This document shows positions 41,642 through 47,073 of a stretch of 47,073 nt of DNA, piece after piece. The position numbers and the translations under genes were made by a program. The notes beneath the pieces were generated by a model. That model saw only the letters and a program-made list of their open reading frames with translations, was not told the DNA's origin and did no database searches. Source of the stretch: a virus; the IMG/VR virus record IMGVR_UViG_3300029928_000218. The stretch is one strand, 5' to 3'. How positions within the stretch are numbered: the stretch's first letter is position 1; every line of letters starts with the position of its first letter.

Positions 41642-43414
41642 TCATCCGCTGACGTAGGTCAGGATGCCCTTGGAGGACGGCTCGGAATCGAATCCCAGCG
41701 CGGAGTAAACCTTCAGGGTGAAGGTCTGCGTAGCGGACTCGTATCCGTCCTTCTCCAGGGCGATCGTCACGGTGTACGTTCCGGCCTTGGTCGGGGTTCC
41801 GGATACCTCGCCGTTCGATGCGGAGAGCCAGTCGGCTCCCGATACCGATACGGCGCATCCATCGACACTGGCCGCGGGCGTGTAGGACCACGCCTGGCCC
41901 ACCTTGAGGGATGTGAGGGCCGGGTTCGAGGTTATGGCTATCTCGGCCTGCTCCCATACGGCGTAGAGGGTCTTCGTACCGTTGTACGGTACGGAGATGG
42001 AGCCTCCGGGCTGGTAGGATGCGGCCGATGCGGTCTTGGAGTCGGACCATCCCAGGAATATGTAGCCGGACTTCGTGGGCTTGGTGGAGGGGATGGTGAA
42101 CGTGTGCGATGTCGTGGTGATGTCCGTGTGGGTGAGCTTCGAAGGCGCCCCGCTGCCGCCGTTGGCGTCGAAGATCAGGGTCGAGGTGTACTCGGCCTGC
42201 TTCCACACGGCGTAGAGCGTCTTCGAGGACCCGTAGGAAACGGAGATGGAGCCTCCGGGCTGGTAGCTGGCGGAGCTCGCGCTGCTGGATGTGGACCATC
42301 CGAGGAAGTCGTATCCGCTCTTGGTCGGCTTGGTCGATGAGATGGTGAAGGACTTCGATCCGCTTGCCGAGGATGCGTAGATGCTGTCCGACTGGGTAGA
42401 GGGTGCCCCGCTCCCGCCGTTGGCGTTGTAGTAGAGCTTGGCGTAGTAGGTCTGCTTGTTCTCCTGCCAAACGGCGTAGAGGGTCAGGTCGTTGTAGTCA
42501 ACGTAAACGGTGTCGCCTGCGGTGTAAGTCGCGCTGGACGCGCTGCTGGACTCGGCCCATCCCAGGAATGTATATCCGCTTCTCGTAGGCTCGGTGCTTG
42601 GGATGGTGAACTTCAGATTGGAGGTCTTGTCCGTGGCCGTCTTGGTTATCGTGCTTGGAGCGCCCGAACCGCCGTTGGCGTTGAATTTCAGGTTGTAGTT
42701 GTAGGAAGGGCTGCTAACTGTGATTCTCTGGGTGTCGTACTCCCCGGAGCCGTCGTTGGCCTCGCATCTTATCGTGGCGGTTCCGGCGCGTACTCCGGTG
42801 ACGGTGCATGAGGTGCCGTTGTCGTCGATGGAGACATAGGAGCTTCCGGAATCGATGCTCCATGTCACGGAGCGGTCGGTCGCGCTGGAAGGGCTGACGG
42901 AGGCCCTAAGAGTGATCGAATCTCCGACATCGACGCTGGAAGAGCCGGAGATGGAGACGGAGGTGACGGGAGTGGATGCTTCAATCACTGTAACTGATAC
43001 CGTGAACGTCTCATCCGCTAATTCATCTCCATTTGTACAGAAATAGTGGGATACTCCGCTCCAGGATATCGTTCCGGTCCGAGTAGGTGTTCCGGAAACG
43101 GTAACCGTTACCTGGGGAGCGTAGGAATCCGCATCCTCTTGGGAAACAGAAACCGTAAGGCCGTTCTGCGTCGTACTTCCGGATACGCTTATGCCTTGAG
43201 GCACCATGTTTTCACCAAAGTCAAAGACTGCCTGTGTTTTGGTGTTAGAGAAGTATTCTCCCTTGTATGCGGTCCCCATATCGAACGAAGAAGACACCAC
43301 TACCCCATCAGTATCGGATGCCATCATTCCCCCTAACGCACATACCGCCAGCAGCGCGACGGCGAACATGGAGAACGCCCTGCGGAAGGGTTTCGAAGAG
43401 GTTTCGGGAGCCAT
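41642..43414 (-). CDS. Secreted adhesin-like protein: Big_2 + three InlB repeats + putative Ig domain
   Basis: MAPETSS... signal peptide; VTSVSISG...VTWS; three ANGGSGAP repeats; no TM anchor. Confidence 0.8.
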   Translation of the reverse strand: MAPETSSKPFRRAFSMFAVALLAVCALGGMMASDTDGVVVSSSFDMGTAYKGEYFSNTKTQAVFDFGENMVPQGISVSGSTTQNGLTVSVSQEDADSYAPQVTVTVSGTPTRTGTISWSGVSHYFCTNGDELADETFTVSVTVIEASTPVTSVSISGSSSVDVGDSITLRASVSPSSATDRSVTWSIDSGSSYVSIDDNGTSCTVTGVRAGTATIRCEANDGSGEYDTQRITVSSPSYNYNLKFNANGGSGAPSTITKTATDKTSNLKFTIPSTEPTRSGYTFLGWAESSSASSATYTAGDTVYVDYNDLTLYAVWQENKQTYYAKLYYNANGGSGAPSTQSDSIYASSASGSKSFTISSTKPTKSGYDFLGWSTSSSASSASYQPGGSISVSYGSSKTLYAVWKQAEYTSTLIFDANGGSGAPSKLTHTDITTTSHTFTIPSTKPTKSGYIFLGWSDSKTASAASYQPGGSISVPYNGTKTLYAVWEQAEIAITSNPALTSLKVGQAWSYTPAASVDGCAVSVSGADWLSASNGEVSGTPTKAGTYTVTIALEKDGYESATQTFTLKVYSALGFDSEPSSKGILTYVSG

Positions 43415-44406
43415 CAGATTACCCCCGTGTACGCCAGAACCGCCAGTACAGCGAACAGCGCGGCCCCGAATGCCAGATAGATGTATCCGGTGAAGATCAG
43501 GGCGATGACGCAAACCGCGGCGAGTATGGCGAACAGAATCCAGAGCCATCCCTTGTCGTCGTCGGAGTCGTCCACGGACTCGGATGCCTTCTCGGTCCAG
43601 TGCGCTACAAGCGTTATATCGGAGGTGACGGGTGAATCGAAGTCGTACTTCTCGCCTCCGAGGTACCATCCGTCGAACGTGAATCCGTCCCTGGTGGGAG
43701 TCTCCGGCTCGGCGACGGCCTTCCCGTCGGCAACCATGGTCTTGTAATACTTGGCGATCTCTCCCGTGAAGTCGAAGGTCACGGTGTGCATCGTCTCGGT
43801 GGTCCATCCGGCGTAGAGCGTGTAGTGCTTCCCGATGATCTCGGTGTTCCAGTCGAACGGCTGGGTGCATTCGCTGTCGATGTACCATCCGGTGAAGTTG
43901 TATCCTTCCTTCGTGGGGTCGGCCGGCTGCTCGATGGTGTATTTGTAGGTCTTCCCTTCGATGGACGGGACGGCGGAGCCTCCCATCGAGTCGAAGGTCA
44001 CGTTCGGGTATCCGAGGATGTGGTAGATGTAGACGAGCTTGGCCTCTCCGTCCACGAGCTGCCCCTCGGAGTTGGTGTACTGGTTCTTCATCGTCGCGGT
44101 GACGGTGTAATCGCCTTTCGCGGCGTATCTGTGGACCGCCTTCCCGTTGGGATTCTCGGCGGTGAGGGTGATCGTCTCGGTCGGAGAGCCGTCTCCGAAA
44201 TCCCAGGTGACGGTGCTCACCTGGTCGGGGCGGTCCAGCATCATGGTGATCTCGTAGCCGTACAGATCCTTCTCCCCGTCGATCTGGGTGTCGGCGGAGA
44301 GGGTGGGCGCGAACGCCAGCACTGAAAGGGCGGCCAGCACGGCCGCCCCCAGCGCCAGGAGAACGCGCCTGTCCTTCAGGGACACGGTGCTTCCTGTCGC
44401 TGTCAT
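43414..44406 (-). CDS. Membrane-anchored adhesin: PKD + two InlB repeats
   Basis: Signal peptide, WDFGDGS, C-terminal TM hairpin; GAGTGA RBS before 44406 (alternative start 44418). Confidence 0.8.
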   Translation of the reverse strand: MTATGSTVSLKDRRVLLALGAAVLAALSVLAFAPTLSADTQIDGEKDLYGYEITMMLDRPDQVSTVTWDFGDGSPTETITLTAENPNGKAVHRYAAKGDYTVTATMKNQYTNSEGQLVDGEAKLVYIYHILGYPNVTFDSMGGSAVPSIEGKTYKYTIEQPADPTKEGYNFTGWYIDSECTQPFDWNTEIIGKHYTLYAGWTTETMHTVTFDFTGEIAKYYKTMVADGKAVAEPETPTRDGFTFDGWYLGGEKYDFDSPVTSDITLVAHWTEKASESVDDSDDDKGWLWILFAILAAVCVIALIFTGYIYLAFGAALFAVLAVLAYTGVI

Positions 44407-44414
44407 GCGATCAC

Positions 44415-45905
44415 TCATCCGCTGACGTAGGTCAGGACTCCGGTTGCGGAAGGTCCGGAGGTGAATCCGATCGAGGAGTAGACGACGACGTCCACGTCGA
44501 TGGTGGCGGTCTGCCCGGCGGCGGAGGTCACGGTGAGGGTGATCTTCTCGGACGCGTGGGCGGAGGGGCTGTTCACGGAGAGCTTCCCGTCGGCGAAGGT
44601 CAGGGCATCGCCATAGGTGTTCTCGGAGATCGCAACGGTGTTGGCGGAGCCTCCGGTGATGGTGAAGGCGGCGGAGTTCAGGATTCCCTGCTTTCCGACG
44701 AGCTTGGACGCTCCGGTGATGTGCAGCGTGTCCTCGACGACGTAGCTGATGGTCTTGGTCGCAACCTGCCCGTTGGCGGAGGTTGCGGTGACGACGATCT
44801 TTCCATCGGCGGTGACAGCGGCGGAGCCGGTGATGGTCAGGACTCCGTCCTGGGAGATGGTGATACCCGTGGTGACGGGGATGGACCATGTGATGGCGGA
44901 GGTCGTCGCGTTGATGGACAGTCCGACGGTCTTGTCTACGGTGTTCCCGGTGTAGGTCAGAACCTTGTCGTTCCCTCCGCTGATGGCGAAGGAGGGCTCG
45001 TACTGGATGGTGATCTTCTTGGTGGCGGTCTGGGCGGGTCCGTGGGCGGAGGTTCCGGTCAGGGTGATCTCGGCGCTTCCGGCCTCGGTTCCGGTGTATT
45101 TTCCGGAGATGACTCCGGTGGATGCGTTCAGGGTGAGTCCGGCGGGAAGGGCCTTGTCCGCCTTCCAGGTGACTCCGAGGTCCGCTCCGTTGGCGATTGC
45201 CTTGGTTGCGACATCCTTGCCGCCGATGGCGACGATCTTCTCGGCCTCGCCTCCGACGATGGCGCTGTACACGGTGAATTTGATGGTCAGGTCCTTGGAC
45301 TCTCCCTTCTCGGTGGTGGCCTTCAGGACGATGGTGTTCTCTCCGACCTTGGTGGGGGTTCCGGTGACCTTGGAGCCTTCGAGCTTCATTCCATCCGCCA
45401 TGGTGGTGGCGGTCCAGGTGACTGCTCCGACTCCGCCCTCGGACTTGAGGTTGAAGGTGGCGGATGTTCCCTTGATGATCTCGCTGACAGCATCCGCACA
45501 GGACACGGACAGGGGCTGGCCGACATTCATCCTTATCCACTGGTAGGCGGTCTGGTCGGACTCGGCGTGGTAGGCTTTCAGAACGAGGTTGTAGGAGTTC
45601 CCGGCCATGTTGGAGGGGATGGCCGAAACGGTGAGGGTGTGTCCCTTGATGGTTGCGATATCGTCCATCTCGTTCACGGCGAACGAAAGGACTATTCCCG
45701 CTTCCAGATCGGCGGGGAAGGTGGCAGTGTATGTCCAGGAGTATCCCGGAGCGATCTCGATCTCGTTCACATCGCCGTATCCCGTAAGGTCCGCGCCGGT
45801 GGCGGCGTCCGCGTCGGCGCATCCGACGAGGGCGACGCACAGCATCGCAAGGACCGAGAGGACGGCGGGAGCGAGCAGCTTCCTACTGCATTTCTCAGCA
45901 TTCAT
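44415..45905 (-). CDS. Secreted Ig-like (He_PIG-type) repeat protein
   Basis: Signal peptide; LPAGLTLNASTGVISG and MADGMKLEGSKVTGTP repeats; no TM anchor. Confidence 0.8.
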   Translation of the reverse strand: MNAEKCSRKLLAPAVLSVLAMLCVALVGCADADAATGADLTGYGDVNEIEIAPGYSWTYTATFPADLEAGIVLSFAVNEMDDIATIKGHTLTVSAIPSNMAGNSYNLVLKAYHAESDQTAYQWIRMNVGQPLSVSCADAVSEIIKGTSATFNLKSEGGVGAVTWTATTMADGMKLEGSKVTGTPTKVGENTIVLKATTEKGESKDLTIKFTVYSAIVGGEAEKIVAIGGKDVATKAIANGADLGVTWKADKALPAGLTLNASTGVISGKYTGTEAGSAEITLTGTSAHGPAQTATKKITIQYEPSFAISGGNDKVLTYTGNTVDKTVGLSINATTSAITWSIPVTTGITISQDGVLTITGSAAVTADGKIVVTATSANGQVATKTISYVVEDTLHITGASKLVGKQGILNSAAFTITGGSANTVAISENTYGDALTFADGKLSVNSPSAHASEKITLTVTSAAGQTATIDVDVVVYSSIGFTSGPSATGVLTYVSG

Positions 45906-45909
45906 GTTA

Positions 45910-46659
45910 TCAGTTCCCTAGAATCGTTTCGTACAGGTCCCGTGTCCATGCGATCGACCCGTTTACCGCCGAGCGGATGCCGGAGACGTCCTCCGGACCG
46001 TAGGCTTCAGGTTCGTTGCCTCTCCTTCCGGCGTCAAGCGCGGAAGGGCTGTCGTAAGTGGTCTCGCAGAACAGGTACCCGTTCTCGTCCCCGTAGCCGG
46101 CGGAGGAATGGGACGGATAGTCCAGAAGGACCCAGTCCAGGCCCATGGCGCCCAGTATCGAGCATAGGAGGACGGCGGTGTCCTCGCAGTCGCCCGCGTG
46201 CATGTAGAGCGTTTCAACGGGCGCGGCCCAGAACTCATCGCAACCGTACAGATCGGAATCCGAGCGGTACTCGATGGAGGTCTGGACGAAGTTCAACGCG
46301 GCGCGAGCCTTCGCATCATCGTTCCATCCTTCGGAGATGCGGAGGATATGCTCCGCAACCCGGACGACGTATTGATCGTCCGGATCCACGAGAAGGACGG
46401 GCGCAGGTACGAACACGGTCCCGCAGCGCAGGACATGGCGTTCCATGGAGGATTCGACGGCCTCCCTGGGGATGTCCATGTCGAAATCCACGTGGCGGTA
46501 GCCGTACGGGGTCGAACACGTCCATCCGAACGAATCGCCGGATTCGTCCGGAACGTGCGAAAGCGCGGTTGCTGGCGCACAAGGAACGAACGCGGCGACG
46601 AGCGCGATGAAGAGGACCGCTGTGGCGAGGACAGCGGCGGCCGCCGTCGATATGCGCAG
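45910..46659 (-). CDS. Exported transglutaminase-like cysteine protease
   Basis: GDCEDTAVLLCSIL...SHS...YLFCETT; the frame extends upstream of the track ATG (46491) through a signal peptide (RISTAAAAVLATAVLFIALVAAF) to a CTG at 46659 with GGGGGT upstream. Confidence 0.75.
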   Translation of the reverse strand: MRISTAAAAVLATAVLFIALVAAFVPCAPATALSHVPDESGDSFGWTCSTPYGYRHVDFDMDIPREAVESSMERHVLRCGTVFVPAPVLLVDPDDQYVVRVAEHILRISEGWNDDAKARAALNFVQTSIEYRSDSDLYGCDEFWAAPVETLYMHAGDCEDTAVLLCSILGAMGLDWVLLDYPSHSSAGYGDENGYLFCETTYDSPSALDAGRRGNEPEAYGPEDVSGIRSAVNGSIAWTRDLYETILGN

Positions 46660-47073
46660 GGTATCGACCCCCGCGCCTGCAGCAACGACGATAGATCCTG
46701 ACGGCAGCCGCCTAGGAACTCACTTGCCGAAGGCCTTTCTGTCCCGGTCCCGTCGGCGGCGTGGCGTTCCATGGAGATTGTAATCGAAGGAGCGGTATTT
46801 GATTCCGGGAAAGTGTGACAAAGACTTAACTTTAAATACGAGAAGCGGAAGCGCGGATACCGCAACAGTATGCGCGTTGTCCCTTCCGGACGATACGGGA
46901 GCCGAATGTGCCTCCGTTCGGGGTTTATACCGTCCTTCGATGGGACGGAACGGCGAAGCGGATGCGCTCATACCGCAACCGTACGCCGATATTCGGGCGG
47001 AAAGCCCGGAGGAATGCAATATGAACATGAAAATTAGGACAGCCGCGGGGGGGGGGCTCGCCTCCAAAAAGCT

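Larger units (their letters stand above)
375..46659. mobile_element. Large archaeal virus-like element / putative provirus with pleolipovirus-type core genes; boundaries not visible
   Basis: Spike-like protein, Zot-like NTPase and membrane proteins; long co-directional gene runs with ATGA overlaps; methyltransferases, TA genes and paralogue arrays; no housekeeping genes. No integrase or att site seen. Confidence 0.7.

Noticed and set aside
39974-44268. Diversity-generating retroelement TR/VR pair
   Set aside because: The differences are not adenine-specific, both copies are coding, and no reverse transcriptase was seen.
44556-46610. Long plus-strand ORFs (also 29993-31414, 19865-21067, 41369-42340, 39455-40474)
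   Set aside because: Antisense shadows of well-supported minus-strand genes in GC-rich DNA, with no motifs.
46720-47067. 115-aa ORF at the right edge
   Set aside because: No motif or RBS, and the region contains TATA-like boxes (about 46830-46840 and 46923-46930), so it is more likely the operon's upstream regulatory region.
1-47073. Integrase, att sites, tRNA, terminal repeats, Rep/pPolB, T4SS
   Set aside because: None was recognisable by eye; they may lie outside the window or be too divergent. The partial ORF at 1-282 could not be assigned.

Overview
This window looks like one large, GC-rich archaeal mobile element, probably a provirus or virus genome, with most genes on the minus strand. 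A Methanomassiliicoccales-type host is inferred from InlB/PKD/Ig adhesins, GGAGG/GGTGA ribosome-binding sites and TATA boxes. It carries what look like pleolipovirus-type core genes: a spike/fusogen-like protein (33950-35896), small membrane proteins, an N-terminally membrane-anchored coiled-coil protein (5575-6492) and a Zot/pI-like P-loop NTPase (2342-3349). These are spread over more than 44 kb of cargo. The cargo includes five adhesins, a transglutaminase-like protease, tandem paralogue arrays, two PCNA-like proteins, C5 and N4/N6 DNA methyltransferases, a TGT/DpdA-like gene, an Eco57I-type R-M/helicase cassette, a Panacea gene, two solo YafQ-like genes and a solo MNT. The most striking feature is four DUF3800 (RNase H-fold) genes, each running into its own tandem, structured nucleotide repeats that end in TATA boxes. 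The clearest array (32227-32912) has four units with a fixed scaffold and a variable hairpin domain. Two more orphan structured repeat sets lie at 17440-17744 and 23750-24377. A 13-bp palindromic operator occurs nine times, and an S-[KRA]-N peptide motif recurs in many unrelated proteins. No integrase, Rep, polymerase, CRISPR or tRNA was recognised. All protein family calls come from motif recognition by eye; no HMM, structure or folding software was run.
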